Shown: positions 11,941-22,631, numbered from the stretch's first letter. The stretch is 64,000 nt of DNA from Nitrosopumilus sp. (GCA_965218695.1 OZ244651.1:480001-544000), one strand, 5' to 3'. Translations and numbers: made by a program. Notes: generated from the letters alone by a model not told the origin.

Positions 11941-13587
11941 TCAAGACAGGATCGGCCTGACTGCGTATATGCGCTGCCCGGAGGACTCGTTCAGTAATCC
12001 CAGATGTGCCATCTAGCACCTGATGCAAACAGATCAATGGGGGCACGCCCAGACGATCCTTATGTACCACCAAAAAGATCGCCTGAGACGCGATATGATG
12101 AACAATGGCAAAATATATGAATCTGTTGAGAAGGTGCTGAGAGAAAGCATCGTGCCGTCCGCCGAGGTCTCCAAAAGGTACAACGCGACATATGGCGCAA
12201 GCGACTTTAACGTTGGCATGCTGCATGCCGCGATGCTTGACACTTCGGTCGGCGGATGCAGCTTCGCCATGAGAGAAATCACGGCGCAGTCCATCGAGAA
12301 TCCAAGATATTCACGTCATTCTCCAAGCGACGAGTGGTTTCGCGATATCCTGTCCAAGACGGACGAGGGTAAGGCGCTTGAGACTTTTAACCAGGCGGTA
12401 AGGGCACAGCTGGATGAGCTTTACCTGTTTGGCAGGCTGCCTGATGTGCTTGATGTGGCCATCGACATGCACCTGATACCGTGCCACAGCAAGAAACTTG
12501 GCTCTGACCTGAGAGGCGGAGAGCGCAAGAGCGGCACCAACAGATTCGAGGCGTACATCACGGCGCAGTGCGTCAACTCCAAATCGCGGCTTATCCTTGC
12601 GGCCCTATACGTGGACAAGTCCTCATCCGTGCACGAATCCCTGCGTGAAATCCTCAATTCGTGCCTAGAAAACGTCTCCGCCGTCGGATCCAGGCTGGGA
12701 CTGATCCTGGTTGACAGGGGCTTCTTTTCAGTGAACTCAATATCCGAGATTGAGCGTCTTAGCCTTGAGTACCTGATGCCGTGCACCAGAACCAGTAGGG
12801 TGAAAGACTCGCTGCGCAAGTTCGTGGCCAAAACGCTCGGCCCCATCTCAAAATCCGACATGACGAATTCTGACAAGGCAACGGTTCAGTACCACATGAT
12901 CATAGCAGAGAAGAAGAGAGTAAGGAAGGAAAGTGAGGGGGCGAAGAACGGGGACAAGAAGGCAGGTGCGCCGGAAGATCGATACATTGCGTTTGCCACC
13001 AATGCCCCGTGGATGGATGTAGAGGAATATTCCAAAAGGTGGACCATCGAGACATGCTACAGACTGGTAGAGAATGCCAGGGCGAAATCGTTCGGCAGCA
13101 GTAGGCCTGCCCGGCTTTTCTGCTTTCTGTACTCGCTGATGCTATTCAATGCGTGGGTGCTGGTAAACGCGCAGCTGGCCAGCTTTCTGAAGCTGCGTGA
13201 CGGAGTCCTTCCGGTGACGCAGCTGTATATGAAAATTGTCACGCTAATAGCAATCTATCGGAATATTACGATTCAGCCCGAGCCACCGCCAGATCCCGTG
13301 GCTCCGTGAGCACATCTGGGATTACTGTCGTTTACGCCGTACGTCGATATACTGACAGACTTTGCGCCGCGTTCCTCCAGCATGGGAACGTACGCTTTCG
13401 CGTCGCAGGTCATCAGGTCGCATCCACGCTTAATGCAGAACGCGGCCAGCACCGAGTCAGAACTGCTTGCATTGACGTCCGGCGACTCGCCGACGCGGTG
13501 GATCGTGAGATAGTCCTTGAGTATTCGTGAATTGTTGACCCGGGCCCACCCAATCAATTGGTAGTCGATTAGCACGCTGTTGCCCAT
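11941..13587 (-). pseudogene. PIN-like (DUF5615/Mut7-C-like) small protein split by ISH3
   Basis: VLIDYQL...SSDSVLAAFC...LMTCD pattern; removing the IS and one TSD gives the frame YGVNESSGQRIYAVRPILS-stop. Confidence 0.6.
11992..13327 (+). mobile_element. ISH3-family element, transposase 12023-13309
   Basis: IR CAGTAATCCCAGATGTGC; 5-bp TSD TCGTT; AIDMH, VDRGF and YSKRWTIETCY motifs. Confidence 0.95.
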
Positions 13588-13721
13588 GACGGGTCGTCTG
13601 CAGGCAGGCTATTAATACGCATCTTGCAGAAACTCTGTTTCCTAACTCAGAATATTTCGTACTTTTGCGACGAATCTAGTCACAAACAACGTCAGACCAT
13701 ACGAAAGCCGCTCTTGTGGTA

Positions 13722-14969
13722 TACCAGCAATGAAAAATTCATATCAAAATTTCCCATAAATGTTTGACACGGCAACCATCTCTGGAAATCATGACGCATG
13801 TTGGATACCCAAACGACTGGGGATGCTCCGGGCATCTGATATCGTGGACATTTGAAGCATCGTGCATGGCATACGCTGGCTGTGTGTCCCATGCGATTTG
13901 ATGCCGTTAGATGGTTCTGTACAGAAAGTGCTCAACGACCAGATTCGGTTTTTTGTACCTCGTGTACCTGGTGATCGCCTCGCGAAGCATGCTCAGGCTG
14001 GTGTACGGCACGTCAAGCACTGCCCGTTTGAGATCCCTCCAGTACGTCTCTATGGCGCTCAGGTCCGGGGTCGCAGTCGGCAGGAAGATTATCTCCAGGC
14101 CGTCCGTGCCTTCGAGCAGTTTGCGTATGTTTGATGCCCTGTGCTGGGAAGCCTTGTCCATGATCAGGCAGATCTTCTTGAATTTGTATGCTGCCTGCTT
14201 TAGAAAGTCTTCAAAGGTGTCCTTGGTAAACGCGTCGTACTGCCGGAACATGCCCCTTCCGTCCGTGGTGATCAGTCCGTGGATTATGGTTTTGGAGTGC
14301 GAGCCGGCGTGCGTGAAAAACGCCCGTACCCCCTTCCTGGCGTGGCCGCGCCTTCGCGGCCGCGCATCGGAGATCACTATGGACTCGTCCTGTATCGCTA
14401 CGACTGTCCCTTCGCCGTTCTTTTTTTTATGAGCTCCGGCATTCCTTCCTGGAATTCCCTGATCTCCTCGTCGGGTGCCCTTTTTGCGTGCCTTCCCACC
14501 GGAACCTTCTGGGAGTAGCCCCACCCCCGCAGCATCTGGCGCACGTATCCGAGGTCGTACTTTATCCCCGTCTTCTGTTGGATGCGTTCCTGCATCTCCT
14601 TGCCCGTCCAGACAGGTTTCCTGCATGCGTCCTTTCTGATTTTTTTCAGGTCTGTCCTGCTCGCCTTGGACGGCCTGCCGGAGCGTGGCATGTCAGCCAG
14701 CCTGTCAAATCCGTCTGCCAGGTAGCGCTTATACCACTTGTAGCCCCACGAGGCCGACTTTCCCAATGATTTTGCAGAATCCCTCATGGTTATTCCGTCA
14801 CGTTGGACTCTGATGATCATCATCATGCGGTCCTTGACATCACAGTCTGTCTCAGCGGCGTATCTTTTCAGCATCGTCTTGGTCCTCATTGATTGTGTAG
14901 CGTGAAACGGGCATAACCCCACACGTGACAAAAAATATTTACAATCGCACTAATTTTTCACTTTTGGTA
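13722..14969 (-). mobile_element. IS630-family element with two overlapping ORFs (about 14889-14398 and 14430-13907), probable -1 frameshift
   Basis: IR TACCAGCAATGAAAAATT / TACCAAAAGTGAAAAATT flanked by TA; HTH RSGRP, QDES, MDKASQH and PDLSAIE motifs; A8G run at the ORF junction. Confidence 0.9.
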
Positions 14970-15100
14970 TAAACTGGATGGCATTCCGTGAGGCCCGGCA
15001 GGTACCGCCGAACAAAACCGTATTGTCGTTGTTCACGTCTCTTTGCAGTCATTAGACGGTGCCGTGATCTGCAGGCCCATATCTTTTCATCCAGAAGCAT

Positions 15101-16006
15101 ATGTCTCTAGGACATACCATCTACATGATCACATTTTTAACAAAACCCCCTCCATACTGCGTATTGAGACGATGCATCCAATGCGGAGACGAGTTTGAAC
15201 CGTCTGGCAGCCTCAACGCATTGTGCAGCAAGAAGTGCGCCCTGGCCAGACGGGCGCAGCAGACCCGGGGACGCAGGTTTAGCACAGAAAAGACGTGCGT
15301 CCAGTGCGGGAAGAGATTCGTGACGACGAACCCGAACAAACTGAACTGCAGCAAGGAATGCGCCCGCAAGAGCGACATCCTGAGAATACGGAAATGGCAC
15401 GAACGGCAAAAAGACGAGGCGTTAAGGCGACGCTGCGCCGAGATACTCGAGGCCGCCCCGCCGGGAACCATGACCGAGGAAGATGCCATGAAATACGCCA
15501 GGGACGAATCAGAATCCAAACGGCGACGAGGGCTGACACGCGAAGAACGGCGACGGACCAAAAAGACGTGCGTGCAGTGCGGCAAGACGTTCGTGACGTC
15601 CATCACGAGAAAGATAACGTGCAGCAAGGAGTGCGCCCGAGACCGCAATGCCGCACGAAGAAAGACGCTGTACGACTTGCATTACAGGAAGAAATTAGAA
15701 AAAGCGTGCATTCAGTGCGGCAAGACGTTCGAGGCGCCAGGCGCAAAGCGGATCTGCAGCAAGGAATGCACCCGGCTCAGGCTGAACAAGCAAGCCAACC
15801 AATCCTACAAACGGCACCGCGGGAAGGAAACAGAAAAGGAATGCGTCCAATGCGGGAAGACATTCAAGACTCCCAGAGATTGGAACGTGGTCTGCGGCAA
15901 GGCATGCGCCAGGCTCAGGAATAACGAGCGACGGCGCAAACCACCCCGTAAAAAAACACCTGAACACGTGGAAAAACATCCTAGTCGTGGCCGTGACCAT
16001 GGATAG
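15101..16006 (+). CDS. Basic protein with five CxxCGxxF-x9-CSxxC zinc-binding repeats
   Basis: CIQCGDEF..CSKKC, CVQCGKRF..CSKEC, CVQCGKTF..CSKEC, CIQCGKTF..CSKEC, CVQCGKTF..CGKAC; the true start may be TTG near 15164. Confidence 0.75.
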   Translation: MSLGHTIYMITFLTKPPPYCVLRRCIQCGDEFEPSGSLNALCSKKCALARRAQQTRGRRFSTEKTCVQCGKRFVTTNPNKLNCSKECARKSDILRIRKWHERQKDEALRRRCAEILEAAPPGTMTEEDAMKYARDESESKRRRGLTREERRRTKKTCVQCGKTFVTSITRKITCSKECARDRNAARRKTLYDLHYRKKLEKACIQCGKTFEAPGAKRICSKECTRLRLNKQANQSYKRHRGKETEKECVQCGKTFKTPRDWNVVCGKACARLRNNERRRKPPRKKTPEHVEKHPSRGRDHG

Positions 16007-16130
16007 ACTCCTTGCTAAGCGTGGATTCGCGCACTTGCATTTGAATGGGGCAGCATTATCGGCGCCGTCCTTGTCGTCGTTTCTGCGATCGGAACCGCGG
16101 CCGCCCAGGCCACGCCACCGCCAAGAAAAA

Positions 16131-16160
16131 AAAGAACCAATGGTTCTTTAGTTTTAAATA
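16131..16160 (+). promoter_or_regulatory. Palindrome plus TATA box upstream of S-layer paralog 2
   Basis: Perfect inverted repeat AAAGAACCA-A-TGGTTCTTT (16131-16149) followed by TTTAAATA about 30 nt before ATG 16189. Confidence 0.6.
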
Positions 16161-16188
16161 CAAAACCGGCTTTCAATAGCTTAATCAC

Positions 16189-19100
16189 ATGAATAATGAA
16201 AATACAACGGGCTCATATAGAGCCCACAACATAACTAGAAATACAGACACAATAACGAACACACACGTACGAAAACTTACAAGCATAGCACTGATGGCGA
16301 TAATGGTGGCAGGCGGACTCACGTTTGCCATACCCGGCATGGAGCCGGCACAAGCCGCACAGATAAACAGCAACCCGAACCTGCAGGTTTCAGCAGAGGG
16401 ACAAAACGCCGACAACGAGATAGCAGCAACCAACATCGTGGAAGTAATTGTCTCTGATGGCGACATAAACGAACGAACTGACGAACCGCCGATAGTGACG
16501 GTGGACGACACTAACTCCCTTACAATGACCTTTTACTCTGGGGCATGGTATGCATACTTTGCATCCACTACCATTGTAGACACTGGTTTAATTGATAAGG
16601 TTGAGCCCATACCTGCTAACGTTGGAGATGACCCTACCGACGAAGAGATCGCAGTGGCTGACGCCGCCAATCAGGTGTCCGTCAATAGACTTGTCAAGGG
16701 TTCACCGTTCGATCTTGCTAGCACTAGTGGTACTCCTGCCGATGAGACTGACGTAGACAACGATGATGCAATTAATGTCCACCTCTTTTCACTCGACGGA
16801 ACATTTGACGTCGTTTACGAAAGACCCGGACCCGACCAGACAGTATCTATGGAACTTGATGATCCTGACGTAAGCGTAAGCTTGGACAGGTCAACCTACC
16901 CGCAGAACACCGGCGTGGCAATTACGATTGACGACCAGGCAATGAACGTGGATCCTACAAGTGGGGATACGTGGTTCTTTAGCGATGGAGACATTGCCGC
17001 ATACTACGGAAACATTCCTGCTGTTGGAACGCAAGGAAATGCTGAGCAGGTAAAACAGGATGCTAATGACGCAGCTGAGGAAGTAAGACGCCTGGCAGTT
17101 GAAGCCGCTGAGGAAGTAAGACGCCTGGCAGTTGAAGCCGCTGAACCAGAGACGGTGATTGCCGCTCTGCTTCCAGCAACGGTGATTACAGCTGCTCAGG
17201 CAGAATACAACGAAATAACTGCCGCAGCCGACATTGCTTTGGAAGACCCGCTCGTATTTGGTAGTGAGAGGGCAAGAATCATAGCATACGCCGGACAAGG
17301 AGAGAGAAACGTTGTAACCGATAGCCCAACTCCAGATGACCCTACTACCTACGATGAAAATCACAAGGGTCAAGCATTGGTAAACTACGAAGAAATAGCC
17401 GGAAGTGGAGACAGAACATCTGACAACGAAAATGATGACCACTACAAGGGCACAGCAAAGATAGCCTACGAAGAAGCAGTCGGAGACAAAACTATTGAAG
17501 ACATGACCACCACTGCATACAAGGGTTCCGCACAGGTAGACTATGAAGGAATAGCTGGAAACCCAGAAGCCAGCGCAGGCACTGCTGAACGCAAGGGTAC
17601 TGCACAGGTACTCAAAGAAGAAACAACTGGAAACCCAGATGCTACTGAAGGCACTGCTGAGCGCAAGGGTACTGCACAGGTACTCAAAGAAGAAACAACT
17701 GGAGACCCAGATGCTAATGATGGGCCTGAAGGTCCACTCTTCAAGGGTACCTCACAGGTAGCCTACGAAGAGACGCTTGGCGATGCAGCAGTCCCCACAA
17801 ATGGCAACATTGCCAGTCTTGACGCATTCGTACTTGATATGAACAATCTACTCGAATGTGCCACAGAAGGATGTGATGTCATTGATACCGTAACCTGGGT
17901 GAAATTCGAAGAAGACAGCTCAAACGACTCCAAGTTCACCAACACGTCAGACGACGAACCAAACCTGAAGACCACCGCAAATGCACAGAGAGGACTATCA
18001 TTTTCAGTCACATATGACAACACCGTGACATCCGGCATCGGCTACAGCACGACCAACATCGTAATTGATGCTGGAGACGACTGGGGCTCTGGCGAGGAAA
18101 TCAGCATAACGCTGACTGACACTGATGCCAACACCAACTCACTGACCGAAGATGACCTTGACGTTACAAATTCAGACCAGATCATTCCAACCATACGGAT
18201 TGGAGAACCATTCACTCTGGCCCAAGCTGGTTCAGTAACACTGACTACTGTTGGTGCTATAGAATCTGAATCTGTTGATTCCGAACCTACAGCGGTCAGC
18301 GACATACTCGTGGTTACTTTACCAAGACTAGATGCCAATTCTGACCACATACTGAGCATTGACCTGGGCGACTGGGATGCATTCGCAGCAGACAATCTTC
18401 CGGCAGATCACGTGGCGTTCAAAGGCACGCACATGCTAAACTATGACATCAGCGACATTGGAGGAACGAGCATAAGCCTCGTTCTTGGCGATGGAGATCC
18501 AATTCCACTTGTAACCGGAACCGATGGCACTGAAATGCTTACAGGCCCTGACTTCATACCAGGAGATGCTGACACCACAGGAGGCGAGAAATTCGGCAGC
18601 CTTTACACCGAAGCCGGCCCCATAAGGTCGCTAGGCGTAGATGCGGCAGTTGAAATCGTCTTTACCGTCGGCGAGGATGACATGCCAGCAGGAGAATACT
18701 CGATCATAATCGACCTCTTCGCATTCGGTCTTGCAGACAAGGACGACCTGACTTCCAACGTCAACGACGCCATCTACAGGCTTGAACTCGAAGAGGACGG
18801 AAGCAACAGCAGTGACTTTACAGGCACGCTGGAGTACATCGGACTCAACCAGATCAACATAGCCGAGGAAGGCACGTATACAGGCATTCAGGCAATCAAT
18901 GACAACATCATACTGATATCTGACGACAGCTCCATCAGCGTAGAATACAACGACCTTACTTCCACAGGCGGAACAAAGCTGTTCACGGCCGAGGCAGACA
19001 CCCCGACACACTCTGGCGCGGTATCCCTCGACTCTGACGGCTATCAGGTTGCAGACATTGTCCTGGTAACGGTAACAGATGCAGACCTGAACGTTGATAG

Positions 19101-21393
19101 CGGAAAGGCCGACATCTACACCACCGTTGACGCCAACTCTGATTCAGAGTTCGCCGATGCCATCGGCAGTGAAAATGCTGTTGCAGTACTGCTCACCGTA
19201 TCAATCGATGGCGAGGAATGGGCTGCAGGATGTGGCCTTGGCGGACTTGACGCTTCTGACTTCACGCTCCGGGAGACCGAAAATGACAGCGGCGTGTTTA
19301 CCGGCACCTTTGCGATTCCGGAAAACCACTGTCCACGTGACAGTGCTAATGCCGTATCTGTTACAGGCACTGACATCTCAGTCGAATATACTGACTTCAG
19401 GGACGACTCCGGTTCAATCATAACCGTGAGTGCTTCTGCGGGCATACGATCCAACACCGGATCCGTAAGCCTTGACAGGACCGTCTACCCGGTACCGTTC
19501 AGTGCGGGCTCTTTCGAGACGCATGAAGGCGATCTTGGCGATGGCAGCCTGACAGTCTATGTCAGCATCAACGATCCTGACTACGACACGTCAGCCAACG
19601 GAATAGACACCATTGACGACGCATCTCTGATGATAAGCGTACTCCGCAGCGGCTCTCCAGACCTTGTATTTGATACTGTTGGAAACTCAGCAGCCAATGC
19701 AATCTCTGAGACTGCACCTGATTCCGGCGTGTTCGAGCACGAGATGACCATCACGGCTGCTGACGGCCCAGACGGCCGTATCCTGCAGGGAGACATTCTC
19801 CACGTAGTATACGAGGATCCATCTGACGCATCAGGCAGTGCAAACACCGTGACCGACTCTGCAACGTTTGACTTGCGAAACGGCGTACTCCAGTCCGACC
19901 AGACTGCGTACATCATCGGAAGCGACGCGATACTGACGCTCATCGAGCCAGACCTGAACCTTGACAGCGACTCCACAGAGACATACGACCTTGACCTGAT
20001 AGAATGGGACTCTGATGCAGGCACATGTACGCTTGCCGGCAACGGCGGTGACTGTGACGACATCAGCAATCCGTTCGCTCCAACGCCGTCCAACTTGCTG
20101 GAAACCGGAACCAACACTGGAATCTTCCAGGTAGTGGTCTCAATTCCAGCCGATATAGATCGTGAGAGCCTACAAAGAGGCGAGGAGATCACCCTGACGT
20201 ACAACGACTGGGGACCATCCGGCTCTGATTATGTCGGAGACAAGGACGAGTCAGTAACTGCCACCATCTACACGTCGAACTTTGGCGCAACCATCGAGCT
20301 GGACCAGCGCGTCTACACATGGACCGACAAGGTCTACGTGACAGTAGTCGCACCGGACCACAACATCGATAGTGACCAGATTGACGAGATAGGCAACAGT
20401 GACGACTACCCGGTAAGGGTATCAACACGCGGAGAAGCCATTGAGGAGTACAAGCTCGTCGAGACTGGTGCCGACACCGGCATCTTTACCGGCGAGGTAA
20501 TACTCACAGGATTCCCACATGACGCAGACGGCGACCAGAACAACGATGCAATAGGCGATACATCTGACGATGGCAGCGGACCTACTGACGGCCGAATAGG
20601 AGCAGAAAGCGAGAGCGGAATATCCGTCTCATTCAAGTTCTCTGACGGCGAGACTGTCAGCAGCTCCGCCCTAATCAGGTGGAACGTAGGAGAGGTCCAG
20701 TGGCTCGAGGCAAGTTATCCTGCCAGCGGATCAGGAATAGTCAGGGTAATAGACCCAGACATGAACCTGAACCCGGAGGCAGTCGACAACTTTGACGTGA
20801 CCGTCTGGTCCGACTCTGACGGAGGCGGAATCGACCTCACCGTGACTGAGACCAATGCTGCAACCGGCATCTTTGAAGGCACCGTCTTCTTTGGTGTTGG
20901 AGTTGACACATCTGGTCACAGGCTCAGGGTAGTTGAAGGCGACACAGTCACCGCACAGTACTACGACAACACGCTGCCGGCACCGTTCAAGGAGACAGAA
21001 AGGCTCCGAGTTGGCGCCACCACTCTGATCGGTACGATAGTACCGCCACTGGAGAGGGCACCAATCTCTGACCTGCGAGCAGTCGATTCGTTCGGCAACA
21101 CGCTTGACACCATATCCGTTGACACCCAGATTCAGCTAGAGTCTGACGTGACCAACGGACAGGACAAGACGCAAGAGTTTGCCTACCTCATACAGGTACA
21201 GGATGAAAACGGCGTCACGGTCTCACTGAACTGGATCACCGGTTCGCTGACAGAAGGACAGTCACTCAGTCCGGCGGTCTCATGGACACCATCCGAGGCA
21301 GGCACGTACGACGTGACTGCATTCGTCTGGGAATCCATCGAAAACCCGACAGCACTCTCACCAACCGCAACGATAGCAATAACTGTAAACTAG
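16189..21393 (+). CDS. S-layer protein paralog 2, intact (1734 aa)
   Basis: MNNE...RKLTSIALMAIMVAGGLTFAIPG start, acidic Ig-like repeats, conserved C-terminus AFVWESIENPTALS. Confidence 0.95.
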   Translation: MNNENTTGSYRAHNITRNTDTITNTHVRKLTSIALMAIMVAGGLTFAIPGMEPAQAAQINSNPNLQVSAEGQNADNEIAATNIVEVIVSDGDINERTDEPPIVTVDDTNSLTMTFYSGAWYAYFASTTIVDTGLIDKVEPIPANVGDDPTDEEIAVADAANQVSVNRLVKGSPFDLASTSGTPADETDVDNDDAINVHLFSLDGTFDVVYERPGPDQTVSMELDDPDVSVSLDRSTYPQNTGVAITIDDQAMNVDPTSGDTWFFSDGDIAAYYGNIPAVGTQGNAEQVKQDANDAAEEVRRLAVEAAEEVRRLAVEAAEPETVIAALLPATVITAAQAEYNEITAAADIALEDPLVFGSERARIIAYAGQGERNVVTDSPTPDDPTTYDENHKGQALVNYEEIAGSGDRTSDNENDDHYKGTAKIAYEEAVGDKTIEDMTTTAYKGSAQVDYEGIAGNPEASAGTAERKGTAQVLKEETTGNPDATEGTAERKGTAQVLKEETTGDPDANDGPEGPLFKGTSQVAYEETLGDAAVPTNGNIASLDAFVLDMNNLLECATEGCDVIDTVTWVKFEEDSSNDSKFTNTSDDEPNLKTTANAQRGLSFSVTYDNTVTSGIGYSTTNIVIDAGDDWGSGEEISITLTDTDANTNSLTEDDLDVTNSDQIIPTIRIGEPFTLAQAGSVTLTTVGAIESESVDSEPTAVSDILVVTLPRLDANSDHILSIDLGDWDAFAADNLPADHVAFKGTHMLNYDISDIGGTSISLVLGDGDPIPLVTGTDGTEMLTGPDFIPGDADTTGGEKFGSLYTEAGPIRSLGVDAAVEIVFTVGEDDMPAGEYSIIIDLFAFGLADKDDLTSNVNDAIYRLELEEDGSNSSDFTGTLEYIGLNQINIAEEGTYTGIQAINDNIILISDDSSISVEYNDLTSTGGTKLFTAEADTPTHSGAVSLDSDGYQVADIVLVTVTDADLNVDSGKADIYTTVDANSDSEFADAIGSENAVAVLLTVSIDGEEWAAGCGLGGLDASDFTLRETENDSGVFTGTFAIPENHCPRDSANAVSVTGTDISVEYTDFRDDSGSIITVSASAGIRSNTGSVSLDRTVYPVPFSAGSFETHEGDLGDGSLTVYVSINDPDYDTSANGIDTIDDASLMISVLRSGSPDLVFDTVGNSAANAISETAPDSGVFEHEMTITAADGPDGRILQGDILHVVYEDPSDASGSANTVTDSATFDLRNGVLQSDQTAYIIGSDAILTLIEPDLNLDSDSTETYDLDLIEWDSDAGTCTLAGNGGDCDDISNPFAPTPSNLLETGTNTGIFQVVVSIPADIDRESLQRGEEITLTYNDWGPSGSDYVGDKDESVTATIYTSNFGATIELDQRVYTWTDKVYVTVVAPDHNIDSDQIDEIGNSDDYPVRVSTRGEAIEEYKLVETGADTGIFTGEVILTGFPHDADGDQNNDAIGDTSDDGSGPTDGRIGAESESGISVSFKFSDGETVSSSALIRWNVGEVQWLEASYPASGSGIVRVIDPDMNLNPEAVDNFDVTVWSDSDGGGIDLTVTETNAATGIFEGTVFFGVGVDTSGHRLRVVEGDTVTAQYYDNTLPAPFKETERLRVGATTLIGTIVPPLERAPISDLRAVDSFGNTLDTISVDTQIQLESDVTNGQDKTQEFAYLIQVQDENGVTVSLNWITGSLTEGQSLSPAVSWTPSEAGTYDVTAFVWESIENPTALSPTATIAITVN

Positions 21394-21397
21394 AAAA

Positions 21398-21426
21398 CAC
21401 ACACCCCCTTTTCTTTTTTTTATTTT
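21398..21426 (+). terminator. Oligo-T terminator after S-layer paralog 2
   Basis: CCCCTTTTTCTTTTTTTTATTTT after the stop. Confidence 0.7.
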
Positions 21427-21564
21427 AGACACGGCCTAGCGAGAGCTGTACGCCGGCATGCATGGACCAGCCACGTTCGTACGCCTGTCAATTTTTATCA
21501 GTCATGACATGAAACGATCCATCACGTCTACTGGCCGTCTTGACTGGCATCGAAAACACGTCGC

Positions 21565-22218
21565 TTATGCTGCCATCCGTCGTGCCCGCGCCGCTTCCAG
21601 TTTTTTCACCGGCGCCCACCAGGTCCGCACGAAATCCGGCCATTCCGTGCCGGCGTTGTTCCACGCGCGCAGCCAGCGTTTCGTGGCAACATCGCCGCAG
21701 TTGCCCGAACCCGGGTGCATGCCGCCGACCATATACGCCGGATTCGTTTTTATCCAGTCCATCATGTTGACGTGCCCGCGCTTGGCCAATATGGAGGCCG
21801 CCCGTACCTCGACGTACTTGTCGTCGGCCTTCGTCCTGATTACAACCTCGCATTCCAGGCTGTCGGCATACCTGCGCATGGCAAACCCGACGCCGTAATC
21901 GTCCAACACCACGCGGTCGCCAGGCCCTGGGTTGAACGCTTTGATTATCCCGATGTACGCCGCGTCCATGGCGCCGGTGGTCCTTCCCTGCGGCACGTCT
22001 TTCGGGCGCACGTGGACCAACTGGTATTGCCGGCAATGCCTGCCAAGGAACGCGCCTGCCTTGTTCCAAACTTCAGCCGGCCTTTTGCGTTTAGTATTGT
22101 AAGACCAGACCATTTTGGAGACGTCGTCTGGAATGTCCGAATCCAACTCCACGCCGCACAGCACCATGTCGCCGAATATCTCGCCCTTTCCGGTCTCGTC
22201 AAGGCCTATTTGCCGCAT
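21565..22218 (-). CDS. rnhB: Type 2 ribonuclease H (RNase HII/HIII family)
   Basis: IGLDETGKG, VVLDD, KADDKYVEVRAASILAK and GSG motifs. Confidence 0.85.
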   Translation of the reverse strand: MRQIGLDETGKGEIFGDMVLCGVELDSDIPDDVSKMVWSYNTKRKRPAEVWNKAGAFLGRHCRQYQLVHVRPKDVPQGRTTGAMDAAYIGIIKAFNPGPGDRVVLDDYGVGFAMRRYADSLECEVVIRTKADDKYVEVRAASILAKRGHVNMMDWIKTNPAYMVGGMHPGSGNCGDVATKRWLRAWNNAGTEWPDFVRTWWAPVKKLEAARARRMAA

Positions 22219-22299
22219 GGCTTGAAGGATTGGCCAGTTTAAAACGGCTGCTTGCCGGCCTGCGCATCGCGTTTATAACAAAAATAATTAACCGTATTC

Positions 22300-22374
22300 A
22301 GCGACGTGGAGAAGCCAGGCCATCTCACCGGGCCCATAACCCGGAAATCGGCGGTTCAAATCCGCCCGTCGCTA
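22300..22374 (+). tRNA. tRNA-Met(CAT), initiator type
   Basis: Cloverleaf: acceptor AGCGACG/CGTCGCT (A1-U72), D stem GAGA/TCTC, anticodon stem CCGGG/CCCGG with three terminal G-C pairs, loop CCCATAA, T arm GGCGG-TTCAAAT-CCGCC; TTTATAA box at 22272; no encoded CCA. Confidence 0.93.
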
Positions 22375-22631
22375 TCCTACCTGCTTCAATCCGCAGAAAC
22401 TGATTTCAGATGAGGACACCCACCACACAAAGTTAACACCTGGCTGGATTCGGGGAAACCATCCAGAGAATTACCCTGTGTCGTTTCAACATACCTCGGA
22501 CCGTCATGTTCGATTAACGGTTTGTATAATTACGGACCGGCACATTATACCAAAACCGCGTTTTCTTTAATCGAGACGACTACCGGCATATCGTGCAAAG
22601 ACCGTCAGTTGTATCATCTGGAGAAACCGCA

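Noticed and set aside
15101-21393. Diversity-generating retroelement acting on the repeats or the S-layer
   Set aside because: No reverse transcriptase in the window, and differences between repeats are not adenine-specific.
22340-22374. tRNA-Met as the attachment site of the integrase
   Set aside because: I found no duplicated tRNA 3' or 5' fragment in the window; it cannot be excluded outside the window.
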